Shown here piece by piece: positions 48,547 through 63,825 of a stretch of 64,000 nt of DNA. A program made the position numbers and the translations under genes. The stretch spans positions 103,726,001 to 103,790,000 of the forward strand of contig NC_059429.1 of the NCBI RefSeq assembly GCF_021028975.2, given 5' to 3'. Each line of letters begins with the position of its first letter. The first letter of the stretch is position 1. The stretch comes from Sphaerodactylus townsendi. Taxonomy: Eukaryota. The notes under the pieces were generated by a model. It made no database searches. It worked only from the letters and a program-made list of their open reading frames with translations, and was not told where the DNA came from.

Positions 48547-51500
48547 GCATACAGCCATGAGCATGACTGGGAGATGGGTTGTCAGCTCCAAATTGGGAAA
48601 TTCCTGGAAATTTGGGGGAGGAGCTTGGGGAAGTCAGGGTTTTGGTAGGCGAGGGAAGTCAGCAGCAGATAATACCATAGAGTCCACTCTCCAAAGCAGC
48701 CATCTTCTTCAGGGAACAGATTTATGTGTCTAGAGATCAGCTGTAATTTAACAACATCTCCACCCCCATCCCCGTCCCAGACACTGGCCACCCTACCAGT
48801 GGAGGTGCTTTCTTAGGAACTGCAGCACAGTCCTACACTATGAACCAAAATGTTTGGGATGCTGACTAGCAACACCAGCAATACACTGCTGTTCCTACGC
48901 CCATACCAAATCCAGGATTAGGATGGAGCTTCCTGAGGCAGAAGCTGAAAATAATAGGCTGAGGAAGAGGCCAGTGACAGCTTTTCCACATGCAGGCAGC
49001 AAAAAACTGACCCCACTTCTGGCAAGACAAATGGTCCAAGGGCCTTATTAGACAAGGACATGAAATTAGAAAGCGGCACCCAACTGGCTAGCTGTGAGAC
49101 ATTCTCAAACCTGGTTTGCACATACTGGTGAATGAATGGGCAGAATGGACAGTACTGCCTAGGTCTGTAGGGCAAGGGTCTGCAACCTGTGGCTCTCCAG
49201 ATGTTCATGGACCGATGTTCATGGACAATTGGCCATGCTGGCAGGGGCTGATGGGAATTGCAGTCCATGAACATCTGGAGAGCCACAGGTTGCAGACCCC
49301 TGCTGTAGGAGATCGGCTGCAGTTTGGAAGGGTCCATTGCGTTTAAACAAAATCTCCATGCAAGTAAAGAACTAGGTCATCAGGAAGAAAGTTTCTACTG
49401 CATCTGCATGCTTGCTGTGCTGGTTTTGCAGGGAAATTTGAACATACAAGAACATTCCAAAATGTGATCCTCCACTGCCAGTCTGAATTGGAACAGACCA
49501 TTCTTCCACCACAAGCTCCTGCTACCTCACTGCCAATTCATTTCCCCTGCATGCATAAACTAGGACTCAGTTATTGTTCCTCAGTCTTTGTTTCTTCTCC
49601 AGTGGCAGCTCTGCGAAACATCTGTCTGACTGAAGTGAGAGCAAGGCAGGCATGGGTCCTAGAGTGGCTAACCTTCCAGGTGATGGCTGCTGATCTCTTG
49701 TGGTGACAACTGATCTCCAGGCAACAGAGATCAATTCACCTTGAGCAAATGGCCATTTTGGAAGGTGGATTCTTTCCTAAACCCCCCCTCAGGCTCCACC
49801 CCCAAAATCACCTGGTATTTCCCAACCTGGAGCTGGCAGACCTAATAGGACCACTTAGCAGGAGATTACATGAAACTGTTCTCAGTGCCACTTTGTAGAA
49901 TAATATAATTTGTAAACTCTAGCTCTGTGTGGGTTCATTTTTATCTCTAATAGACATGCAACAGGTCAAATTCCTCACATGAAGGTCTTAAACCTTCATG
50001 AAACTATGGCAACAGATAGCAGTTGCTTGCAACACCATAGCAGAAGCAGTACTCAGCTGAGCATGAGAGGCTGATGTGATGTCAACACTGAGCACAATAT
50101 GTTGCTTTCTAACATATCTGCAAAATTGGTATGAGAGGTTGGAGTCACTGGGCAGCTCCAAAGGCCCCATAACTTTGGGAGGCCCCACCATTGGGCAACC
50201 ACCACCACTACCTCCCTATGAGAGCTGCCAGACAGTGTTTCCTCATGCATTGCTTCCAAAGAGAGGGAGAGGGAAGGCAATCAATTGGCAACAGCCTTTC
50301 CTAGTGAAGTGGTGGCAGAGGTGTAGCTCCAAGGGGACAGGGTGGAGGCCGATGCACCGGGGGGCACGGTGAGGGCGTTCCGGAGCGTGGCATGATGTTC
50401 CAGGGCGGGGGCATTCTGGGGTAGGGTGGAGCGTGCACCGGGCGCTTTTCCCCCTTGCTATGCCTCTGAGTGGTGGCAGCAGCTGCATATTTGCTCTGGC
50501 AGGTGAGTGAGAGGCAGTGGCAACTAGGAATGGCAACTACCATTCACACGCCTGATCTCTCCATGTCACAGGTAGGCCCAATGGAGAAACTCTTACAGAG
50601 GAACCAGCCAAAATGTTAGGAATTTTGCATGGAATGGACTACACTACACCAAAGACATGAGCCCTTAAAGGGCTCAACTATGCTAGTGGCATGGTGCAAG
50701 AATGGGCTCTAACAGAGGCATGAGGAAATAGTTGCTATCCTGCAGATGAGCATTAGTGCTGCCACTACACTATCAATGTGACATTTTTTTCTCAGCATCA
50801 GGACTCCAGCCCCTGACCCTATCCATTGTTTTGTTGGTGCAGTCATTGTTAGGATTGTGGTGTTAGAAATTTTTTAGAAAGCATACATGCTCCCAGTTAA
50901 AACCACAAGCAATTTGATCCATTTGCACATGCATGCATGTCCCATGACTTATTGTGAACTGCCTTCACTGAAAAACATTGGCATGTCCCAAATACAACAG
51001 TAACATAATACCACTGTATGAATTAATCTGTGGGANNNNNNNNNNNNNNNNNNNNNNNNNNNNNNNNNNNNNNNNNNNNNNNNNNNNNNNNNNNNNNNNN
51101 NNNNNNNNNNNNNNNNNNNNNNNNNNNNNNNNNNNNNNNNNNNNNNNNNNNNNNNNNNNNNNNNNNNNNNNNNNCATCAAGATGGAGCCACCCCATAAGG
51201 GTTGCCAACCGCCAGGTGGTGGCTGTAGAACTCCCACCAGGTAACAGATCAGTTCACTGGAGAAAATGGCCATTTTGGGTGGTGAGCTCTATAGTATTAT
51301 ACCCCATTGAAGTCCCTCCTCTTTCCAAATCCCACTCTCTTCAGGCACCACCCCCAAATTTCCAGGTATTTCTCATCTTGGAGTGGGCAGCCCTGCACCC
51401 AGTTGTGGTTTGTGATTGCCCTGGAACTAAAATTCCCAAGCCACTGTTTACTCCTGGCTTAGAATCTTGGTTTGCAAAGCAAGCACAAGCCATGCTTTTG

Positions 51501-54500
51501 AAGGCGAACAATGGCTTGTCACAAAAGCAGAAATGGTTAGCTCGTGGGGAAGGGAGTATGGAGGTGTCTCTGGCTTGTTTGCTCACATAAAGGTCAACCA
51601 TAGTTTGGGATTAAATCTGAACTAGGTCATTGTTTTTCAGATTATGGGTTGAGAAAGGCAAATTCTGTTAGTTAAGGTTCAGCTGCAATGGCTTGCTCAC
51701 GAATGCCAGTTGTAGACTGATGAAAATCTACATGTGAACCAGTCCATTATTGGACCAGTTGGGTCAAATAATGAAGTGCTGATAAATTAGGCAGGGTGAT
51801 ACAACAGGACAGAATCTGCTGCCTCATTCTTATTGAGATATTGGAAAGCAGTGGGAGAGAAGGCGGATTTGTATGTTCAGAAAGCTATAATAGCAGAAAA
51901 ACAAACAAAAAATGTAGACTGAACCACACTTGGTTGTTGCTTTTAACCTGTCAGAGAGTTCACTCCTGTGCTCTTAAACAGCATCAAACACCATGCTATT
52001 AAAATTATCTTTAAAGCATCTCATGAGTTTAGAATCAAGTGGGGGTGTGGGGGCGGGGGGGGGGGACCCAGTCAAACAAGATTGCCAATCCTGCCGATTT
52101 TTTTTAAAAAAATCACTTTTGGTTTTTCTAGTTCACACACAGCTCGCCAAAAACAGCCAGCCAAAAGTGTTGCCAGCCAAAACAGATCCTTTGGGAGCTG
52201 TTGTCAGTTTCACAGTTGTGCCTGCCATTTTGTGAGTTGATGCAGAGATTCTCCATGCCTCCACCATTTGGTGAAGGTTTTCCATGGAGGTTCCCTCTGC
52301 TTTCAGCTCATTCACATGCAGTTTCCGCCAATATCTTAACAGCCAATAGCTTAACAGTTTAATAGCAGCTGTGATAGGAGAGAAGGCAAGAAAGGCAAGA
52401 AAGGAGGGCAAGCAATCACAGACTAAATTAAATCAGTTGGTGGACTAGATGTGACCTGTGGGCTGTACTTTGGAAACCTTGGTCTTAAAAATGCCAGTGG
52501 GCTCAAACTGTTTTTCCTGCTGCTTCAGGCCAGTACAGTTACTCACCTGAATCTATCATAAATTTGTGTATATATGATCAAACTGCATAGTTTCAGATGC
52601 AATCTAGATAGTTTCAGATGCAATCTAGGTAGGAGGTGAGGCACCAGTGCATACATGCAAAACCTTTACAAAGTGGGGCTGAAGGATCCAAGTCTGCAAG
52701 GATGCAAATCTCCTGAACACAGCAGAGAAGATGCGGAACGTTAGCATCACTTTGGCCCGTGATTAAAGTTAGTGGAAAAGAGGCAGCTGGTGACAAATGC
52801 AATGTTGGGGAATTTCCCACTTTAGGCTGGAGGACAAAAAGGCTTTTATCCTCTTTGCAAGGGGAGGTGCATATCAGCCTTGAACTAATCATCTCTCTCC
52901 CTGTCTTCAATAACAAGCCAGGCTTTGAGCTGTGCAATCATTGTCTAAGGGTTTTTTTTCTTGCTAACCAACCTCCTCCCTTCCAGGATAGTGGCTGGGC
53001 ATGTTCTTATCAGCACTATAAGGGAGGTGTGTTTTTAAAAACCAAATTGCCTGGAGTTGCCGAACAAGGAACTGGGCAGGTTGGGTCCTCGAATGTCTGT
53101 GCCTGTGAAGTGAGGCCCCCATAGGGGAAGTTTCCCACAAAGTATTTCAGGGCACAGAAGGAAACCGAACCAGGACCCGGCCAAGAATTTCCTAGGGCAG
53201 GACTCAGTGTGGGGCTCCCATCTTGAGAAAAAATGATCTTAAACTTCAAAATTAGCACAGAATTGCACATATACACACTTGACTTGTGTTGATTTCTGGA
53301 AGATGGATTGAGGATGATACAAACAACACCCTTTTTCTTCAGCCACTGGGCCACTGTTCTGTAATCCTCCTCATCCTGGCTTTGAGTTGGTCTTCCAAGA
53401 ATAGCAGTCCCCAGGGAAAAGCCAGTTAGGAGCCATTCTCTGTCTTGCAAGGAAATTGGAACACTTTGCTGGTTTATTGGGGAAGGGGATGAGAGAGAAG
53501 AGATGATACCAACACTCCCTCACTCTATCTAATGGCAACTGATAAGAATTTTTATTTTTCCTTCCTCTTTGCTGTGCTAGTCAACAAGAACTGTAATTTG
53601 TGTATAAGTAAATGTGCTGAGATTTACAAATAGGTGGTGACTGGTTTCCTGTCTCCTGTGTGATGAAATGGAGAATAAATCTGAACTCAAACCCTTACTC
53701 TACCATGATGCTGGGCAGTGGCGTAGTGCCCAGGGGATGGGGGGCATCTTGCACTGGGCGCACACGCACACTGGTGCAGGGGCGTTCTGGGGTGTGGTTG
53801 GGGCGTGGCAGGGGCACAGGGCACATACGTGTCCCGGGTGCAGTTCCCCCTCGTTACTGCTCTGATGCTGGGTGATTCAGACTCTTTAGTTGGGTCTAGG
53901 ACTGCCAACTCTGGGTTGAGGAATTCCTGGAGATGGGTGGTGTGCGTGTGTGTGTGTGTAGCTCAACAATACACCATATAGTCCTTGTCTCTGAAGCAAC
54001 CACTTTCTTCAGGAGAATTGATCTCTGTAGTCTGGAAGCCAATGAAAATTCCAAGAGATCTGCAGGTCCCAGTTGGAGACTGAGAATCCTAATTGGTACA
54101 CAGGAATATATGGGAGAAACAGTCCTTTAGGATAGAAAATTGATGGATTTGATTTTGCAGGATGTTCACATACCTGTAAAGGTCAAAGACTGAGGAAACT
54201 TGGTTGGCTGCCTTGGAATAACAGGTGTACCTCCATGGATATTTCCATTTGTTGTTTATGTTTGGACTAGACTAGATTATGAGTCCCTCCATTACTGGTT
54301 CTGCATATTGCTGGTATTAGGAACCAGGATAGCCCCTCATGTTGCCTACATTTGAATTCCATCAATAAGACCAAGTTGCTGAAATATTGTCTAAATATTG
54401 GCTTTATGCTTCTGGGTGTTCATTTGTAAAAGAAGAGATGTCCAGTCACAAGCCTGTCTGGAAGTCCCTTATTCCCAGATATGTGGACCATAAAATGGTT

Positions 54501-57289
54501 ACTATTCACACCCGAAGGAAGAGCCCTTTGCCATTTGCCCGTGCTCACAAGCACTCTCTACATGATTCCTTCAGGTCTGGGGGCTTAGCATGAGCTCTAG
54601 GGATCAGCCAAATTAAGCCCTGACTGTATTTTCTGTTGTTGTTTTGAAAACAGATACGGCTAAGGTGCCCTCATCTGTATGCATTGTGACTTTTCTTTTC
54701 CTTGACCCGAAAAACTTGCCTATCACATTTTAAACATGAACATCATAAAGCTAAAGTCTCATTTGCTCTGCGTGGTTCTTCTTTCCAATTTGCTTCTGTT
54801 TGCGGACCCTGAAAAGAAGTTCGATATATCCAAGAGATCTTTTTGTATCGATTTTTCTTTCTAAGTATGCGGCTCCAGGGCAGTCAAGCAGTCCCAAAAG
54901 CATTAATGTGGAACACTGCTCAGACAGAGAGAGGGAGGGAGGCCCTCCAAGTTCTTTCCCCTCCAACATTGTTGAAAGTGCTAAGAAACAGGTTGTGGAT
55001 CATATGCATGATATGTGCCCTCGCATTTGTTGTGGTGTGACCAGGAAGCCTGGTGTGCAGCTTTTCAATGGTGCAGTGCTGCCTCTTGGAACAGCAATAT
55101 GCATCACCCCAGCCCTGCATGTTCAAGTCAGCCTTTGCATAGGATCTGAACAGATGTGGCATCGGAATGGCAGGAGGGATTGCAGCTCAGTAGCAGAATA
55201 CATGCGTATTCACAAAATAAGTCCCAGCCTGGAAAAACCTCCTTTAGGCCATTTATGCACAGGGCTTCTCCACATGGCAAGCCTAGCTTCTTGTTGGAGC
55301 ATATTTTCAATTATGCAACATATTCACTACGTTATCTAGCTTGGGTTTTCACTTATGTAGCGGTCCCAATGCAGCTGTGCTTAAAATTTGACAGGCAAAA
55401 TCCCAGCTCTTCCAGATTTGGGCAAACTGCAACCCTTTCCTCCAGTTCACTGGGAATCTGAACCTGTGCCATACCTGCCTTGCGTTCATATTACTCACCT
55501 CTCCCCACTTTCCCCCTCCTATGATACTCTTCCCCTCCACCCAGGAAGAAAGGACATTACTCAGCTCTCCTCATAGGCAAGTGCCGGTGACCAGCACAAG
55601 AGTGTAGCTTCAGAGCTGCGCAGATGTATTCATTTAACTGCACGCAAAAAACCTTCACATCCTCATGACCAGTGTCATGGGAACTTGGTGGAAACCTGGG
55701 CCCTCGAAACCCAAAACCCCTGCAAAAAGTAATTGCCATCCCACAGCAGATGTCAGGAAAAAGGAAAGGGGAAAGGGGGGAAAGGGGAGTGGCTAATTGA
55801 TCTCCTGGCGCCCTGGCGGAAAAAGCTTCAGAAGCAAAATACTGCAAATTTAAGGGGAGTCGTTAGTGCATAAATGGCCTTACAGAGCTGCTGATCTTCA
55901 GAGTAGGCCATACTGGGCTAGATGAACCAGTAGTCTGATTGAGTGGGAGGTCATTTCACATGTTTATAAGGGCATAGATGCCGGGTAAGGTGAGGTGGGG
56001 AGAGAGATGAGTAATTGCATCAACTTTCTCTCCAAATAACTTCTGCAAGAATTGTTTTCCCTTTAATTGTAAGCTCTGGAAAACATTTCCCCCTCTCATT
56101 GTGAATTTTTAAACCATCTCAAGACAGGTTAAAAACAAACACTAAGTTAAAAACAAAAAAAATAAGATCAAAGAGATTTTACTTTTTAAAAAAGACTCTC
56201 GATGCCCTCAGAATAGATCTCCATCTTTGTTTGAACTTTGGGAAAGGCTGAGCAGGTTTCACTCTCTGTTTGAGAACTCCTGATGTAACCAAACTCCATT
56301 CCAGGGTGAGATCAAAGTTGTATTTTTTTTTAATGAATATCTAATTCTTGCTTATTCTTATTCTTCCTCTTCTCTTCATGATGGGTGCCTCTAATCCTGA
56401 TTACCAAGCTGTGGCTCAAGGAAAGAAATACAGATTCACATGCCCGCCTTGCTTGGCTAGACAAAGAAAGGGGGAAGGAGGGGAATGGAATGCAAGGAAT
56501 TTGCTAGGAACAGATAACCAATTTCCTGCTTATTCCTGAGTAGGCCCGGAGCTTGTGTTCTTGTTTGTGAGCCTGTCTTTGTGCAAGCAGAAAGTCGGTT
56601 AACCGAGGGTGGCTCATTCAGAGGAAAGGATCCCGGTGAGAACTGTCATGATTTTCTGAAGACATTTTCATCTCTTTCTTAAGAAATTGGACACTAAGTG
56701 GAGTGGCTGCCTTTGTTTCCCCTAGCTGTCTCCTGCGCCCAGCGAGGCAGAAATAGAAATGGAGAAAAATAGCTTCCTATTTTTGTATTTCCTGGGCAAC
56801 TCACCTACCATTTACAAACCTTGTTGCGCAGACTTTGCAGATGAGAGCAGTTCTTGAAAGCAGCCACATTAATGCACTTCAGCTCCATAATCATATTTTT
56901 ATACCCAGACTCAGAATTTACATCTGATTAATGGAAATTGTAGTGACCTGCCATGACGAGTTGTTGTGTAATTTCCCAGAATTCATCCAGATGTACTTTT
57001 TCTATTGCTTATTTATTTATTTTTACTATATTATATTTCTACTCCTGACAATAGCCAAGCTTGGGACAGCTTACAAAACAACTAGAACATTATATAAATA
57101 CAGTTCTTAAAATAAAATTAGGGTATCAAAATCTAAAATTACATTTATAGTTGGCAATAAATAGCATCTCCTTCAGCCTATAAAATCTTGATTTCATTGT
57201 GGGGAGGCAAGATATAAACATAAGGAGGGAGACACACAATTTAAATATAATCGAGGCACTTGATGCTGTTGGAATCAATGACCAATGGA

Positions 57290-57700
57290 TATAAATAATC
57301 AAATGGCCAAGATCGTCAAGGTGGTTGAGATGGTTAGGAGACTGGCAGGATGCTACAAGAACGATGAATGGATGGATGGCCTCAATCGAAAGCCCAGTGG
57401 AACATCTCTGTCTTGCAGGCCCTGCGGAATTTGGCCAAGTCCAACAGGGCCCTGGTGCCAGCTGACAGAGAGTTCCACCAAGCTGGAGCCAGGGCCAAGA
57501 AGGCCAACCTAATGTCATTAAGGCCAGCTGATTTCCATCAGAGGAAAGGAGTAACCTCCATGGGCAATATGGGGAGATCTGGTCTTGAAGATATGAGGAC
57601 CCCAGGCCGCTCAAGACCTTAAAAGTCAGAATAAATAAATAAATACCTTGAACATGATCCAGAATTCAACAGGTAACCAATGCAGCTAATGTAAAATGGG
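57290..57700 (-). mobile_element. L2 LINE 3' fragment
   Basis: GLGSSYLQDQISPYCPWRLLLSSD resembles the L2 ORF2 C-terminus; degenerate. Confidence 0.6.
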
Positions 57701-58428
57701 AGTGATTGACAATATGCTGTTAACTGCTGGCCTTCACCAGCTGCGAGAGACACAGATCAAGAGAGCAAGTAGTAGGTCTTACAGCTGCAAGTGTTCTGTC
57801 TACATTGGAGTGGGAGAGTAGGATGAAGTGGTCCAATATAAGACTAGTGTCCTGCATCAATTGTAGCAGGGAGGTCATGGTGGAATGACAAAGCCTTTAT
57901 CTGCAAAAAAAAGCTCGCAGAAGACTCACAACAAACAGCCAATTCCCTGTTTTTAGATCCCCTCAGTAAGGATGTCAGTGACCAAATTACTTTAAATAAT
58001 TGTGCTGGGTGTGAGCTAGTCAAACATCTGATGCATGTTGTAATGACATAAACTTTGGTAAGATGATTAGAATGTTGTTGTCATCAGCAAGCAGCTACTG
58101 GATCTGGGAAGGGTCGCCATCTCTTGGTGAGGAAATTCCTGGAGATTTGTGGATGAGCCCTAGGGAAGCAGAGTTTGAGGAAGGGAGGGAGATTAGCAGG
58201 GATGGGATGCCATACAGTCCACTCTCTAAAGCTGCCATTTTCTCCAGGGGAACGGATCTCTGTAGTTTGGAGATCAGATGTAATTCAGGGAGGACTCCAG
58301 ACCGCACCCCCACCCCTGGAGGTTGGGAACCTCTCGTATCTGAATTGTGAACTGTGTGGATTAGTTTACAGATTATAACACTGTCATTTTTAGAGGGGGG
58401 GGGATTCAAAATGTAGTATTGGTAGGCC

Positions 58429-58820
58429 CAGTGGTGGTATCCAAAAATTTTAGTAACAGGTTCCCATGGTGGTGCGATTCAAACTGTGGCGCAGCGCCAA
58501 TGGGGCTGGGTGGGGCACGACGGGGGCGTGGCTGGGCATTCCAGGGATGGGGCACTCCTGGGCGGGGCTGTGGCAAGGACGCAGCCGCTACGCCGGTCCT
58601 TGGGCGGGAAACGAATGCACACAGGCGCAGGCTGCCACGCACATTGGTGCACCTCCTGCTAGACTGCTTCAAGTTCTGTGCGCTACTGCTGAGAGGAGGG
58701 GTGTAACTAAGGCAAAAATCACACGGCAAAATCACCAATTAGTAACCCCCTCTCGGCACACACAAATAATTAGTAACCTACTCTCGGGAACCTGTGAGAA
58801 CCTGCTGGATACCACCTCTG
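58429..58820. mobile_element. Non-autonomous hAT element
   Basis: TIR CAGTGGTGGTATCCA/TGGATACCACCTCTG, 8-bp TSD GGTAGGCC. Confidence 0.88.
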
Positions 58821-60103
58821 GGTAGGCCTCATCCTATTTGAAGTATTCAAGCATCCATTGTTGAACGTTCAAAAATAAATGTCCAAGATTTGAAATGATA
58901 AAAGGTTAGGCTGACTAGATTCAAAGGAGGACAACTTGTTCTGCACATTTGAATCAAACTGCTTCCTGTGAGGAACTCAGGATGAAATCATGGCCATACA
59001 TAGTTTCTAATCTCCAGGTGGCACCTGGAGATCTCCTGCTATTACAAATGATCTCCAGATGACCAAGAACAGATCCCCTGGAGAAAATGGCTGCTTCGGA
59101 GGGTGGAGTCTTTGGCATTACACCCTGCTGAGGTCCCTCCACTCCACTCCCCAAACCTTGACCTCTCCAAGCTCCAGCCCCACAGATCTCCAGGTATTTC
59201 CCAACACAGAGCTGGCAACCATAGATCTCAAGTGTATATTTAGTGAGAACCTATTTAGATCTTCATGTGTGTCTTCAGTGAAATTTGCAGTGTCCAGGCT
59301 GTGTCACAAAAAAACCCCTGAAAGTCCTTCCATTCTCCTTCACTCCTGATATGAAGAAAAAAGAATAATACGTAGTTTAGATGACACAATAAACTGCAAT
59401 TTTTTTCCAAACCAGCAAGTTTTTAGTCAGTCCCATATACCAAACTAATAAACTAGTGTTTGTTATTTTGTAAAACCTAGTTTATTCCTAGCTTTGGGAT
59501 CCATGCTTTGTAGGCAAGTGAGCGAATCACAGTGCCATTTCACTCAAACTGGACATCACAACAAACTGCAGCTAATTCCAAACCAGGGGATGTCAGCCTC
59601 TATACTGTGGATGAAGGGAAGAGTGAGCATGCAGAGCTGAGAACATCCTGGTTCATTCTCATCACAAGCAAGCCAAAGTTTGCATATAAATTCAGCTCAC
59701 TGGCAAAGACCAAGTCTAGAATGCTGTGACATATCCTCCCAGGTCCCACATTTTTTTCCTACCACATAACAATTGGGTGTTAATTAACATGGAGTTGATT
59801 ACTGGAACAAAATGTAGATGACTGAAAAAGGCAATGGCAAACCACTCCGTAAACATAGTCTGCCTAGTAAAATTTGTGGTATGATGTCAACCTATGAATA
59901 AGTAGACCAGGTGTTTGCACCTTTATTTTTTAAAAGTCTGGCAAATATTTACACTGATAAACTGCACACCTGTGAAGCTGAGGTCCAGATAAGTTTCAGA
60001 GATTCACTGCATGATAATTGGGGAAGAGGGAGACTCCCGGTTGCCAGCTCTTGCAGAATTAATTTGTTCAGCCTTCTCTTGTATCCAATCAACCCCTGTT
60101 TAA

Positions 60104-60370
<267 letters not shown>

Positions 60371-60684
60371 TGAACGGTAACTTGGGGTTTCCTAGCTTTG
60401 AATATCACCTTGGCCACAAGCTGTTTAAGCTATGCACCTTTCCAAAATGGGTGTAATGGTACCAACCTACTTTGCAGGATTGTTGTAAGGGTTATGGAGA
60501 TAATATAGGTGAAGACCTATTTTGTAACAGCTAATTCTTCTTTATTCCATGTATTGTGCATGGATGAAGTCTATGACTGCCGATTAAGAACATCTAAAGT
60601 CAGGTCATGTATGCATAGAGGCATCCTAGGTTCACAGTGCGACCATTGAAAAATGTATGTGGCGGAAGATAGGAACAGATAGAC

Positions 60685-61072
60685 CAGCGGTGGCGAACCT
60701 ATGGCATGGGTGCCAGAGGTGGCACTCAGAGCCCTTTCTGTGGGCACACGCAAACAGAGTCCAGCATGTGGAGGAGTGGAAAATCACACCCCCCCAACAC
60801 ACACATCTAGGCTGGCCTGGGCACAGTCGTTTACCTGGGAGTAAGCTTGGTTGCTGGTAATGGGGCTTGCTCCTGAGTAAACCCTCCTAGGGTCGTGATT
60901 CACCCATTCAAAGCATTGCACGGTTGCTTCACCAAGCTTACTCCCGAGTAATGCATTTCTAAACTATAACCTCAATATTCAGATTAAATTACCGTGTTGG
61001 CACTTTGTGATAAATAAGTGGGTATTGGGTTGCCATTTGGGCACTTGGTCTTGAAAAGGTTCGCCATCACTG
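60685..61072. mobile_element. Non-autonomous hAT element
   Basis: TIR CAGCGGTGGCGAACCT/AGGTTCGCCATCACTG, perfect 8-bp TSD AGATAGAC. Confidence 0.9.
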
Positions 61073-62699
61073 AGATAGACTCATGAAATACATACCAAGA
61101 AGTCAGTGCTCCTGCTTATTTAACAGTTGTAGAAAAGTGAAAACTTTGAAAAGGCAGGCTCTGGGATCATGAAATTACTTTGCATGCAGAGGATCCCTGG
61201 TTTATCTCCAGTTAAAAAAAGATCAAATAGTGATATGGAAGATTTTTCCCTTAGATGGAGGAGAAATGCTCAGATTTCCAGTGGTTATCTAGATTCTCAG
61301 ACGGAGGTCTTTCATTTCTCCTGTTGCCTGATTTCCAGCTAATCTCCAGTTAAGAGATGGAGGAGAGGGGGAGATGAACCTGGAACCTTCTGTATGCAAA
61401 GCAAATGTATTTCCACTGAGCCACAGAAGATGCTCTACCATTGGGACTTGGCCCCTCCTATATGCAGGATGGTGTGTACATTTTTTGCAGATCCAAAAGC
61501 CAGTTTGTGCTCTGCAGGTCTCAGAGACTTCTAGATCTGCCCTGCCTTGTCTCATCTAGCAGCTAACTAATTCCAACAGTAACCAAAAGTCCCAGGGATG
61601 GCCGGGCCAGGCATTCAAACTGCTGTCAGATGTCCCTCGTTTCCTGCTTTTCTCTTAATTTCAAGTTATGGATCAGCTTCCTCCTTAAGCAATGAATCAT
61701 TTATTCCTTTCAGTCTGTAGGTTGAGGGTCTGCCCTTAAATGCACCCTAACGTAACAGAGTGTAAAACTAGGATCTGGGAGGCCAGAGTCAATAACAACC
61801 CTGTGAGGTAGGTTAGTCTGGGGAACTGTGATTGGTCTAAGGTTATCCAGCCAGTGTGGGTGGCAGAGTGAGGACTTGAACCTTGGGTTCCCAGAGCGAA
61901 GGCTTCTGCTGAGCTAAACCACACAGGTTGGGGTGATGTGAGCAGCTAATATTTGATCCAACCACCACTGATTTTCCCACTAGTTGCTAAAAATCCATCA
62001 GAACCTCCTATTCTGGTGCGGCTTGTGGTGTCTAGGAAATGGAACGCAGACCCATCCATAATGGTGCTGCAGCTTCCCATAATGCAATTAGCCAATATGT
62101 CAGTACTTCTTTTTGGAAATACCTACTATGAAGTAGGCTGTGTCTGTGGTTAACCCATTGACTAATGGCTGAGAAATGCAAAGCAGCATGTGCCATTTGG
62201 AGATTGCGCTGCAGTGACGAGAAAAATATATATATCTGACATACAGAATGCGAGCCATATGGATGTTGTGCGTGCCTCAGAGATGAACCAAATTTCACTC
62301 CCCATGTGAATATGAGTGCAGATTCTTACTGTTCATATCTCCCAGGCTTTAACGGTCCTCTTTGTCCCAGTATTTAAGATTGTCAGGTCCTTGGGAAAAA
62401 CACTTTGTACTCTATGAAACCATCACATAGTGTGGCACAATCATTATTGAGAATGGGAGCAAGACACCCAATGATTGCCAGAGATTAACTTCAGTAACAC
62501 CATGCAGAGATACACCCTGCCTGTAGGGCTGTCAAGGCAACTGATGTTCAGAGGAGCTTATCCATTGCCTGCCTCTGTGTGTCAGAAGTTGGGGGGTGTC
62601 ATTTCAGTGCTTGCCCCAGGTGCTATTTTCAGCAGATATGCCCCTGCATGTGCTAAATTGAGCCCAGACTGACTGATCAATCACAACTGCAACACTTTT

Positions 62700-62840
62700 G
62701 GCCCCTTCCACACTTGCAGAATAATGCACATTTAATCCACTTTCACAACTGTTTGAAAGTGGATTTTGCTATTCCGCACAGTAAAATCCACCTTCAAAGT
62801 GCATTGAAAGTGGATTGTTCTGCATGTGCAGAAGGGGCCT
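62700..62840. mobile_element. Short palindromic MITE
   Basis: ggccccttccacacttgcagaa...ttctgcatgtgcagaaggggcc; relative at ~15855-16003. Confidence 0.75.
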
Positions 62841-63806
62841 TTGAGCAGTTGCAATCAAGTGTCAAAAGTGAATCCATGCTGATTCACCATGTGGTGTCTG
62901 CTTTCAAACAAGGAACGAACACAAGAATGACACGGTGACATCCGACTCAAGGTTCACTGAGTCCAGTATTCTGATTCAGACAAGTCTGCAAGGAGNNNNN
63001 NNNNNNNNNNNNNNNNNNNNNNNNNNNNNNNNNNNNNNNNNNNNNNNNNNNNNNNNNNNNNNNNNNNNNNNNNNNNNNNNNNNNNNNNNNNNNNNNNNNN
63101 NNNNNNNNNNNNNNNNNNNNNNNNNNNNNNNNNNNNNNNNNNNNNNNNNNNNNNNNNNNNNNNNAATTACAAAGTGCAGCGCCAGCATAGCAGAACAACA
63201 CACGGAACACACGGAACACACGGAATGGAACAAAACAATCACTTGAGAGACAATCCTCTATTCCTATGAACAATACCTAATATTCCTTATATTATATTAT
63301 ATATTATATTCCTGTATAGTTGTATATTGCCCATTTGAAGTTCCAAACATCAAGATAGAGGGTAAATAAGGTGAGCTCACAGACAAGTTTACAGCTTCCT
63401 CAGAGCAGTCTCTGTTCTTGGCAGTCAATGTCTGAGTGATGACTTCCACTTGTCCTGTGATAAGATTAACCATTTGGGATTGCTTCTATTCAAAACTCCT
63501 GTCTAATTGGCAACTGGATTAATAGGACGTGCTTCACAACTAGGGCAGGATATAAATGTAAAAATAAACAAACAAACATTTCTCAGAGTCTTCATCAGTT
63601 GACAATATATATGTGGGCCAGGCTCAATTTAGGAAGGTAAATATCAAGGAGTTAACCTGTATAACCTCCCCTCTGGCTCACCACGTCATATTACTGAGCT
63701 AAGTAATGGGAGAGATCACAAGTCGTTAATCTTATCACAGGATGGTTGGCAGAGGCCAGAATGAAAAGACATGTTTTAAGTATTTAAATAGTTGCATTTG
63801 TACATA

Positions 63807-63825
63807 TGACCACTAGAGGGCACTT
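63807..63825 (+). promoter_or_regulatory. Candidate CTCF site in a MYL9 intron
   Basis: tgaCCACTAGAGGGCACtt matches the CTCF core consensus CCASYAGRKGGCRS. Confidence 0.55.
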
